Assembly: GCF_006345805.1 (NCBI RefSeq)
Contig: NC_042998.1
Span: 184,946,001 to 185,010,000 of the forward strand
DNA from: Octopus sinensis
Taxonomy: Eukaryota
Length of the DNA stretch: 64,000 nt
Direction: 5' to 3'
Shown here: positions 53,529-64,000 of the stretch, one piece after another
How positions within the stretch are numbered: position 1 is the first letter of the stretch
Layout of the letters: every line of letters begins with the position of its first letter
Notes under the pieces: model-generated
The model's input: only the letters and a program-made list of their open reading frames with translations
Told to the model about the DNA's origin: nothing
Databases searched by the model: none
Position numbers and translations under genes: made by a program

Positions 53529-53958
53529 AGAGAGAGAGTCAACAGTACTATGACAAAAAAAAACCCAAACGATTGCAAAAACAACTGAAATAACATCACA
53601 ATAAAAGATGTCTTTACAGAAAAATTAGAAATTAACTACGGCAACACGTCAGTGTGTGTGTGTGTGTTTGTGTGTGAGTGTGTGTGTGTGCGCGCGCAGT
53701 GTGTGTCTGTAAGTCTGTGTCTGAGTATATATCTTTTACTTGTTTCAGTCATACGACCGCGACCATACTGTGGTACGCTTATGTGAGTGTAGGCTTCTGT
53801 TTTGACGTATAACATCAGAAAAAATAGATATTGTCTTCTGTTAATCATTCGTTTGTCCATAATAATATGTAAAAGAAAAGAAAACAACGGAAAAAATTCC
53901 CTACGTGCTACTTTTTCTAACATAAAAATCTAATGAAACAAATACGATAGATTTTACA

Positions 53959-54230
53959 TCTATATATAAAGCTGAAGTTGTCTGTGTATGGCAGGTTTGG
54001 TCGCCTTCAACTAACACTCTCTCCTCCGCAAGTTGACCAAAATTGAGAGTATGATAGCAGAAGGCTTGCTCTTCTTTCCGTAGAAGAAAAAATTCAAATT
54101 GGACCATGTTAAGACCAAAAATTATTTACATCAAAAAGGTGCTTTTTTCTATGAAAATCCCTATTTTTTACGATTTTTTGACTGCTCTGTCGTCATTTTT
54201 CCGTGTATTTCAACCAGAAAAATGTTCTCA
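53959..54230 (+). mobile_element. Helitron-like family H2, 5' part
   Basis: a|TCtatatataaagctgaagttgtc start; no CTAG end found. Confidence 0.55.
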
Positions 54231-54313
54231 TAAAGAGAATAACAAGCTACATAATGCAAAATTTTTACTTTTAGATCGACAAATCTCTCTATCTGTCTCC
54301 ATCAGTTTCTCTC

Positions 54314-54350
<37 letters not shown>

Positions 54351-54947
54351 CACATACACACACACTCTCTCTCTCTCTCTCTCTCTTATGCTTTATCCCT
54401 CTTTATGTACATTTACCATACCCGTTATTATTCTCTGTTTGTATATAGATATCGCGCATGCATGCTGTCCCCTCCTTGTCTTTTGCTATGACATGTCATT
54501 GCTTTCATTTTGTTTAAAACTTCGTCGCTGTAATGTTTACTTTTATTTTATGATAGGCAGCTATCACGCAGTAAATACTAGCTTCCAAAATTTGTTTTCT
54601 GGTTTGGTAAAAACTTATCAAACTTTAAAACTATGCAGCATTTTTCTAAAATAAATTCTGGAATAAATGAATCTTAAAATCGGATTCAGCGTAAACAAGT
54701 ACATCAATATACCAATTTCAAATTTTTCACTTAATTTTAAAATTTCAAAATCCGTGACAGCAACGCAAAAGATATCTCTCTTTATTTGTCTATCTCTTTC
54801 ATTTACGTTTTTCTCATTGTAAACTCTGTATATATATTTATCACACTCTCTCTCACTCTTCGTACTCATATATCGCAATATTATGCAATATGCGTGTAAA
54901 AAGATATTAATATTTTTACTTGAATATGTGTATGTGTTTATGAGTGC

Positions 54948-54994
<47 letters not shown>

Positions 54995-54997
<3 letters not shown>

Positions 54998-55099
54998 CCG
55001 GGTTCAGTGCCACTGCGTGGCAGCTTGGGCAAGTGTCTTCTACTATAGCCTCGAGCCGACCAAAGCCTTTGGTAGACGGAAACTAAAAGAAGCTCGTGG

Positions 55100-55131
<32 letters not shown>

Positions 55132-55345
55132 TGCTGTGTCTGTGTTTGTCCCCCACCATCGCTTGACAATCGATGTTGGTGTATTTATGTCCCATAACCT
55201 AGCGGTTCGGCAAAAGACACCGATAGAATAAGTACTTGGCTGTTTGTAAAGGATATATTCTGGGGGCGATTTGTTCGACTAAAGGCGGTACTCCAGCATG
55301 GCTGCGGTCAAATGACTGAAACAAATAAAAGAAAACAATAAAAGA
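54995..55345 (+). mobile_element. SINE family C (5'-clipped) with internal (TA)n
   Basis: gttcagtgccactgcgtggcagcttgggcaagtgtc ... aaatgactgaaacaaataaaaga. Confidence 0.8.
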
Positions 55346-55589
55346 ATATATATATAATAAGTGAAAAAAATGTGTATCGGGGCGGCTTCTAAGCTAGTTC
55401 TTGTGGAGGACTCTTCATTGGGCCTTGAACCCAATAATGACATTCATGTATTGTCAATCTACTACTGCCCTCACCGTCTCGATGCCTACTATTATTCTCA
55501 CCCCAGCAAGAGGAATAGAAGAAGTGTCATTGAATAGGGAGAGAGGGGGTCAAAGTGTGACACACTGACACAAAGAAATTCGTTTTGGC

Positions 55590-55651
<62 letters not shown>

Positions 55652-55709
55652 TACTACTACTACTACTACTACTACTCCTATTTTTATCATGATATATATA
55701 CACACACAC

Positions 55710-55740
<31 letters not shown>

Positions 55741-55853
55741 ATATATATATAAAGTTAATCCAAACATGAAAACACAAAGAGAAAACAGAACAACGCGAGG
55801 ACGTGGAACAAATATAGTATTATTGGACGCTCAGGAAGGAAGGAAGAAGGAGG

Positions 55854-55888
55854 GTTTCACATTTCGAGCGGAGCTCTTCGTCAGAAAC
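55854..55888 (-). ncRNA. Hammerhead motif, family B (canonical CUGACGA core; C15.2U and G at position 17); second copy at 56499-56533
   Basis: Minus strand reads gttt-CTGACGA-a-gagc-tcc-gctc-GAAA-tgt-g-aaac. Confidence 0.55.
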
Positions 55889-56227
55889 ATAGGAAAAGGA
55901 AAGATCCAGAGAAGGGAAGACGGAGGGAAAAATCGCCAACAGTACACACGCGGCCATAGAGAGAGAGAGGTTATGAGAGATAATGGTGTCAGGTATGCTG
56001 AGTAAGTGCTATGGATAGACTATAGTTAAGCTCCAGTTCGGTGATTATGCGAATAAGAATTTTACTCACAAGGTATTGGAATCTTAAATGTATACCATTC
56101 TGCTTAAATAATGGATCTACAAATGCAATATCCCTGCATATCTCAACATCTGTTTTCATTCACCCACTTCACTCTCTATTTCGCATCTTATTTAAAGTAA
56201 CTATTGCTTAACCACCTTCTCAACACC

Positions 56228-56274
56228 GTCTCCGATGAAGGATATAATAAATATCCTGGAAACAGCTGTAAGAC
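56228..56274 (+). ncRNA. Type I hammerhead motif, family C (U4C), copy 1
   Basis: gtct-CCGATGA-aggatat-aataa-atatcct-g-GAA-ACAGCTGT-A-agac; palindromic stem III; GUA at 56268-56270. Confidence 0.75.
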
Positions 56275-56873
56275 CTATTTATAAATGTTCTAAAATTTTC
56301 ACAGCCTTGTTTTTTTTTATCTCATTCTAAAAAAAATTTTTATGTATGTATGTATGAATATATATATATATATTATATATATATATATATATATAAAGTT
56401 AATCCAAACATGAAAACACAAAGAGAAAACAGAACAACGCGAGGACGTGGAACAAATATAGTATTATTGGACGCTCAGGAAGGAAGGGAAGAAGGAGGGT
56501 TTCACATTTCGAGCGGAGCTCTTCGTCAGAAACATAGGAAAAGGAAAGATCCAGAGAAGGGAAGACGGAGGGAAAAAATCGCCAACAGTACACACGCGGC
56601 CATAGAGAGAGAGAGGTTATGAGAGATAATGGTGTCAGGTATGCTGAGTAAGTGCTATGGATAGACCATAGTTAAGCTCCAGGTTCGGTGATTATGCGAA
56701 TAAGAATTTTACTCACAAGGTATTGGAATCTTAAATGTATACCATTCTGCTTAAATAATGGATCTACAAATGCAATATCCCTGCATATCTCAACATCTGT
56801 TTTCATTCACCCACTTCACTCTCTATTTCGCATCTTATTTAAAGTAACTATTGCTTAACCACCTTCTCACACC

Positions 56874-56921
56874 GTCTCCGATGAAGGGATATAATAAATA
56901 TCCTGGAAACAGCTGTAAGAC
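56874..56921 (+). ncRNA. Type I hammerhead motif, family C (U4C), copy 2
   Basis: Same motif as copy 1; GUA at 56915-56917. Confidence 0.75.
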
Positions 56922-57001
56922 CTATTATTAAATGTTCTAAAATTTCACAGCCTTGTTTTTTTTTATCTCATTCTAAAAAAAAATTTTTATGTATGTATGT
57001 A

Positions 57002-57045
<44 letters not shown>

Positions 57046-57667
57046 TATATATCCGTTCTGTCTGTCTCTCTGTGTGTCTTCTAGGATCTCGAGTATCTTC
57101 CATCCGATTGCGTTTAAATTTGATATGTAGATACCGATGGTATCAGGACGTGTATAAGTCTTGAAAAAATTACAAAAATCGATTCCAGGTGAGAAAGCGA
57201 TCGATAAAGCTGTGGGAACGTGCTTTTCTTCCGTCAACCTGTACATAACTGCACCTTCCATTTTTGTTGTTATTGTACTGCTTAAAGGCACGTTTCTTTC
57301 CTGCCAAGCTTACTGTTTAAACCATGTTTGTACTCTCCCAGTCAGCAGCCTTATCATTACAGGTACTTTAAACTCATTGGTTGCATATTTGTGTGAATAA
57401 AATCGATTATCTTTGGAATAGAATAAAAGTCTATCTTTATTTCTTCTTTTGCTGGTGTCTCAAATTTAGGTTAAATCAGTATTTCTCGAAAGTGAGGCCT
57501 ATGGGACGGTCGGACAAGTTGTTTTGAGAATATTTGGTTTAAACGTTTGACAACTCAGAACCGACCATTGGACGGGGGCGTTTTGCTCGTATACACACAC
57601 ACGCGCACATACACACACACACACATATATATAAATATATATATGTACATATACATACATACATACA

Positions 57668-57704
<37 letters not shown>

Positions 57705-58435
57705 TCATACATATATATAAAAGCTAATGAGAGATACACATGGTGGCTATGCGGTTAGGTAGAAATAGAAACCAAATCTCCTTCATATCATACTCAACTC
57801 TCTTAGGAATGGAAGAATAAGCCTGAAGGCGGCGGTGAGTGGGGCGGAAAAACAGTTGTTAGTCAGCAATATTGTTTGTACGTAATACCTTCATGCAACA
57901 ACGTAAATATCTACGCATTTATTTCTGTACAAATGCAAAGCCTGTTATATTCATAGATACATATTCATACACATACAAACATACATATATACTTACATAT
58001 GTGTCCAAACACAAAAATGGAGGAAGCAAAAAGACAGAAAATGTAGTTACTGTCGTGGAGAATAGCGATGTATACATATATACACGTACATACATACATA
58101 ACATACATACATAACATACATACATACATACATACATACATACATACATAGAAATGTCAGTCACACACTCTCCCTCACTCTTCCTCCTTTGCTCTCTCAT
58201 TGCTCCCATATGACCATCGGCCATCTTTCTTCTTTTCCTAACTTTTGTTTCTTTCCTTCTGATTCAGCTTCTGAGATCAGGCGCATTCTTGCATGTCTCT
58301 GCCCAACCTTACTCCTCTGCGTTCGCCTCCTCACCTCGTTTATTCTTAGCAGCCCTTCCTGTTTGTTTTCACTGTCCTGTTTTTGCTATCAATTTTGACC
58401 CTCCGCAAAATCCCAAATTATATTTAATTTGCTTT

Positions 58436-59140
58436 GTGGGAGCAACTGTTTTATCGAAGGCGTTTTGGACACGTGTGTGGGCCGAACAAGGCATCAGACT
58501 TTCCACCCAGCTGGCAGTCTATAGGGCAGTCGTCATCACCTCTATGCTCTACGGCTGTGAGACGTGAACGTTGTATAGGAGGCAAATGCGAGTACTTGAC
58601 CAGTTCCACCTCCGCTGCTTGCGACGAATCATGGGAATTTCCTGGGAGGACAGAGTCTCCAACGCTGATGTGCTTCGCAGAGCCGAAATACCCGGGATCA
58701 AAGCCCTCATCATGAAGGTCTAGCTCCGGTGGGTCGGACATGTAGTCTGAATGAACGACACGCGTCTACCAAAGATGATCTTCTACTCTGAGCTGGCTTC
58801 TGGAGCAAGAAACCCTGGAAGGCCACTGAGGTGGTACAAGGACAGCCTGAAAACTTCCCTTGATGTCTGCAGCATTTCAGCCTGTGGCTGGGAATCACTT
58901 GCCACTGACCGCGGTGCCTGGTGTCCAGCTGTCCAAAAGGGTGTTGGACTCTTTGAGGAAAAGTGCCTCAAGAGCCTAGACCAGAAGCGACCAGCTCGGA
59001 AAGAGAGGATCCCCAACCCTACTTCTGCTGTCTCGTGCCCAACATGTGGCCGCGTATGCGCGTCCGCCTTTGGGTTCCGCTCACGCCTCTGGCGTCACTG
59101 ACGTTATTGTCAAACCTAGACAGACTACCATTGTTATTAT
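58436..59140 (+). mobile_element. 5'-truncated RTE (BovB-like) LINE
   Basis: VYRAVVITSMLYGCET, LDQFHLRCLRRIMGISWEDRVSN, LRWVGHV, RLPKMIFYSEL, GRPLRWYKDSLK and a C-terminal CPTCGRVC..GFRSRLWRH zinc finger; in-frame stops. Confidence 0.9.
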
Positions 59141-59334
59141 CTTACCGTGAATTGCTCGTAATACGGATTAGAAAAACAGCCGACAACTTGTGAAGGGTCG
59201 TTCTTTGTGTTGCCTGTGTTTCTTTCGTTGTTCGCAAAAATAGTTTATATTCCATGTATTCGTATTTTGTATTTTGTAATTCATGTTTTCGTATTTTATG
59301 TTGTTGATGTTCTGTGACGCCCTGTGCCCACATA

Positions 59335-59380
<46 letters not shown>

Positions 59381-59661
59381 GACTACACAGTATAGTAGGG
59401 TCAGTTGGGCACCGTCTGTAAGTAAAACAGCACCGTGACGCAATTCACTCAGCCAGAAATTTGGAAACGACATGCTGTGCTGCTTAACATTAGCGCTGGA
59501 AGCTGCAATACGAACAGATGGTGAACACGTGGGCTTGCCGTGTCCCCAAAACATGTACCGAGAGTGATAAAAATCAAACATCCAGTCAACATCATGATGT
59601 TTGGAGCGATCACTAGTGATGGCGACATACGTACTTACGAACGTATGTATAAAGAAAGTTA

Positions 59662-59768
<107 letters not shown>

Positions 59769-59989
59769 CACACTGATATATATAAAGAAGGGTAGAAAAC
59801 AACATACATACACGCGCGTGCGTACACACACATATAGTATAGAGACCCTTTTATATCTGTTTTTTAAGTATATCCACAGAATAGGTATGTATGCACACAC
59901 ACATATAATCTGTGCGTTTCTATTTATATATGTGCATTTAAAATACATGTACGAATGTGACTTCATATATGAATATATATATGTATATG

Positions 59990-60420
59990 AACACAGCGGT
60001 ACATCGTTATACATGTATACATATACGTACGTATATATACATATATACACATATACATTCATATATATATATATATACACACAAGCATACATATACACGT
60101 ATATATGTATGTATGTATGTTTATATTATATATATATGTGTGTGTGTGTGTGTACATCGTTATACATGTATACATATACAAACATATATATACATATATA
60201 CATATATATACACATACATATATATATATATATATATACACACGCATACATATACACGCATATATGTATGTATGTTTATATTATATATATGTGTGTGTGT
60301 GTACATCGTTATACATGTATACATATACATATGTATATATATACATATATACACATACATACATACATATATATATATACACACACAAGCATACATATAC
60401 ACGTATATATGTATGTATGT
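59990..60420. repeat. ~150-bp three-unit repeat built from (TA)/(CA)/(TG) tracts
   Basis: gtacatcgttatacatgtatacatatac near 59999, 60151 and 60301. Confidence 0.8.
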
Positions 60421-61482
60421 TTATATATATGTGTGTGTGTATGTGTGTGTGTTTTTATCTGTGTGTCTGTGTGTCTATGTGTGTGTATTTAATTTTGCCA
60501 TCCAACTCTTTAATTCCTTTAATCTTTGCTACATCAGTAACTTTCCTAATTTCTAACTAATTAAACTTGTTTTTAACCGAAAATATTCAAGTTTACTTTT
60601 TGCAGAACCTTTAATGTCATGCACGCCTGAACACACGCGCACACATCAATGCATGCCAAAATAAATGTGTTTATACATTATATAGTTATTTGCATATAAA
60701 CATAGATACATACATTCATAGATACGTAAATACATTCATCCATACATGCGTATACATACTTAGATACATAGATATACCTAAGCACATATGTATACCTATC
60801 CACACATGGATGAATGTATACAAACACGTTTATATATAAAAACAGAAACGTCATGAAAAAGAAAAGTGATAATTATGATGACGACAACGACGACGCTGAT
60901 CACAAACGATGACGACAATTGACGTTGCTGGTGTTGATTTTGATGATGATGACGACGACGGCGATGACGATGATGATCGCAGCATGATGTTGATGATGAT
61001 GATGATAATATAATAAATCATGACAATGATCATGATGATAATGATAACGGCGAGGACGACGACGACGAGGAGGAAGAGGAGGAGGAGGAGGACGATGATG
61101 ACGATGATCATGATGATGTTGATATCGATCACGATGATGACGATGACGATGATGATGATGATGATGATGATTGTTTTTAAGATGATGATGATGATGACGA
61201 CGACGACGACGATGATGGTGATAATGGTGGTGGTGGTGGTGGTGGTGATGATGATGATGATGATGATGATAATGATAATGATGATGATGATAATGATAAT
61301 GATGATGATGATAACGACGACAACGATGACGTTGATGACGATGATGGTGGTGGTGGTGGTGATAATGATGATGATGATGTTAATGATAATGATGATGATG
61401 ATGACGACGACAACGATGCCGTTGATGACGATGATGGTGGTGATGGTGGTGGTGGTGGTGGTGGTGATGGTGGTGGTGGTGG

Positions 61483-61570
<88 letters not shown>

Positions 61571-62035
61571 AAGAAAAAGAGATTTAGCAAAATGACAAAA
61601 AAAAATAAATGTACCCCTGTTAATATACAACATATAACTAATTTTACTGTCCTGTGCTAATATATACATGCAACTCTCTGAAGACAATCTTTTTCACTTC
61701 CCTCTCTCTCTCCCCCTTCTTTCACTCCCTCTCTCTCCCTTACTTTCTCTCCTTCTCCCTCTCTCCCTCCTACCTTTCCTACTACGCTGGAATACGTTGT
61801 TTCGCTTTGCCTTTAATATAAAATCGGTTACAGCGACCAAGATGTGTTTGTCATATGGCTTGCCAGTGCATATTGACTTATCACTTATCAACTTTTCATC
61901 AAAGCCAGATTGGCACCTCTCCCCTGTTCTCCGCTGACGTTTTTCCTGCATCGACCTCAATCTCAAAACCTACTACCACCGCCGCCGCCGCTGCCGCCGC
62001 CCTCAGCACCACCACCACCGCCACTACCACAATTA

Positions 62036-62067
<32 letters not shown>

Positions 62068-62316
62068 ACTGCTGCTGCTGCTACTGCTGCTGCTGCTGCT
62101 AGCGGCGTCGCTTGCCTCCCCTTCCACTACTTGCTATCATTCGTCTCCCCCACTTTCCCCAAATGTAGATCTCAACAGCTCTCAGCTGCATCACACTACA
62201 CTAATCAAGAATGAAATCGAAAGTCAACAACAATAACAACAGTAACAACAACGACGGCAACGTTAAGAACAACAACAGCAGCAGCAACAACAACAACAAC
62301 AACAACAATAACAATA

Positions 62317-62535
62317 ATCCTTTCTGCTAAAGGTACAAGGCCTGGAACTTGGTGGGTGAGGGGAGTTGTAGATTACATCGACCCCAGTGTTTCACTGGTA
62401 CTTAATTTATCGACCCCGAAAGGATGAAAGGCAAACTCGGCCTCGGCGAAATTTGAACTCAGAACGTAGAGTCTGACGAAGTGTCGCTAAACATTTTGTC
62501 TGTTGCGGTAACGATTCTGCCAGCTCACCGCCTTA
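62317..62535 (-). mobile_element. SINE family M between (AAC)n arrays
   Basis: cctttctgc...cgaccccagtg...gattctgccagctcaccgcc. Confidence 0.85.
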
Positions 62536-62562
62536 ACAACAACAACAATGACGACGACGACG

Positions 62563-62593
<31 letters not shown>

Positions 62594-63253
62594 CGACTAC
62601 AACAACAATAACAATAACAACAATAATAACAACAACAACACAACAACAACAACAACAACAATAACAATAACAATAATAATACCAGGCTAGGAGTTTCTTG
62701 AAGTTATACGCGATAGTTCCCGACCCAGAAGTCCTCTAAGACAAATGAACTCATCCTCATCGACGCCTAGTGTTTCGCTCACCTACCACTAATTTTCTAT
62801 ATATTGCTAACGGAGAACTTCCATTGAGTGCATTGTTCGACTAGTAGAAGGCCGTGAAAGCCTGATAACAATCCAGGTGCTTGGCGCTCACAGTTGGTCT
62901 TTTCTTGTCTCAAAAAGATGGGCCGTCAACAAGATGGGCTGCAGACAAACGTATATTACAAACGGAGATCACGCCTGCTCTTACTGTGCAAGAAAATCTG
63001 CAGGTGGCGCAGCCTCAGCGTGTATCTGCATGTCAGCAGCCACGGCATGCCGAGCCCGTCTTCTAGATGACGTTGGTGATCTGTAATATAAGTACAAAGC
63101 ATGAAATCTAAAGAGGAAAATTGACCTTAGAGAATGAAAATGTCCTAAACGAGATTTGAGTGCAGAGGTTAGGGTTAGAGATAGGGTAACAAAATACTGG
63201 AAAGCTGTTGTTCACCTTTCTATCGTTCAATCACTTCATCAAAGTAATAATAA

Positions 63254-63527
63254 CAAGAGTCACTCAGAGAGCGCAAACCTCCGCCAAGATAATACCAACG
63301 TCCTTTCAACGATTAGCTAGAGATGATATTTTAAATGAGAATATTTGAAATAAACTCCACTGCTCTAACAAACGAGAATACTAAAAATGAACCCGAAATC
63401 TAATCAGTTCGTGCCAGTCATCCAAATCCATTCAGCTGTTCTTGAGGTATCTTGTCCACAGACAGACAAACACACAAACAAACGCGACTGAAAACAATAC
63501 CTCCGCTTTCGCTAAGGCGGAGGTTAT
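63254..63527 (-). mobile_element. Helentron/DINE-1-like non-autonomous element
   Basis: Terminal hairpin acctccgc-tttcgctaag-gcggaggt, subterminal acctccgcc, (gtct)n core; shorter than the 32168 copy. Confidence 0.65.
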
Positions 63528-63532
63528 AATAA

Positions 63533-63735
63533 TCCTTTCTACTATAGATACAAGGCTTGAAATTTTGGGGGATGGGATAAGTCTATTACATCGACCCCAG
63601 TGCTTCACTGGTACTTAATTTATCGACCCCAAATAGATAAGCGGTAAGTCGATCTCAGCAGAATTTGAACCAAAGCGTAAAGACGGACGAAATGCCGCTA
63701 AGCATTTTGTCCGGTGTGCTCACGATTCTGCCTTA
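63533..63735 (-). mobile_element. SINE family M
   Basis: cctttctactata...cgaccccagtg...acgattctgcc followed by (aat)-like repeat. Confidence 0.8.
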
Positions 63736-63769
63736 ATAATAACAATAATTATAATGATTACAGCAACAA

Positions 63770-64000
63770 TGATAGCAGCAATAATAAGTTAATGAATCAA
63801 GCTCGTGTGATCCAAGTTGAAACAGAGAGAATATTAAAAAGAATCCATGAAAAGATGACAAGTCAAGACCTACTAAAGAGATGGTACAGGTTGAAGGGCA
63901 AAATGAAAACAATGAGAACTGTTTGGAAAGAAATGAATTTGACATGGAAGTAGAAAATCCAAACGATAGTGGGATTGACAATATAGCATTTGATGGAAAC
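63770..64000 (+). mobile_element. Possible R4/Dong N-terminal fragment running off the window
   Basis: NKLMNQARVIQ resembles QRLCDQARAIR (family B) and NKLANVRRYI (family A); follows an (aat)-like tract. Confidence 0.4.

Larger units (their letters stand above)
55751..56995. repeat. Head-to-tail tandem duplication, period ~645 bp
   Basis: 55751-56350 is about 98% identical by eye to 56395-56995; differences are mostly single-base indels. Confidence 0.95.

Noticed and set aside
59500-59625. Tc1/mariner-like peptide LAVSPKHVPRVIKIKHPVNIMMFGAITSDGD
   Set aside because: Probably a real transposase sliver, but too short to delimit or classify.
62690-63090. GC-richer unique stretch with short ORFs
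   Set aside because: No motif, splice pattern or second copy recognised.

Overview
AT-rich eukaryotic DNA saturated with microsatellites and almost entirely repeat-derived. The SINE, Helitron and LINE repertoire suggests a coleoid cephalopod, probably Octopus (inference). No host protein-coding gene can be supported; most ORFs in the track are translations of (TA)n/(CA)n/(GATA)n/(AAT)n/(CAT)n tracts. Contents: seven pieces of R4/Dong-type (restriction-like endonuclease) non-LTR retrotransposons, mostly sitting in (AAT)n arrays, including one near-intact ~4 kb copy and one two-family chimera; two Penelope-like (GIY-YIG) remnants; decayed mariner, rosa/DD41D, Tc1 and Chapaev-like DNA transposons; RTE, L1/Tx1 and CR1/L2-type LINE fragments; non-autonomous Helitrons and Helentron/DINE-like elements; and tRNA-derived SINEs. 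The most interesting signal is RNA-structural. By eye I find eight type I hammerhead ribozyme (HHR) motifs of several sequence families, plus degenerate halves. They include a back-to-back inverted pair and a ~645-bp tandem unit with one hammerhead on each strand, a retrozyme/viroid-like layout. Two unrelated families share a non-canonical CCGAYGA core. All structure calls are manual and untested.
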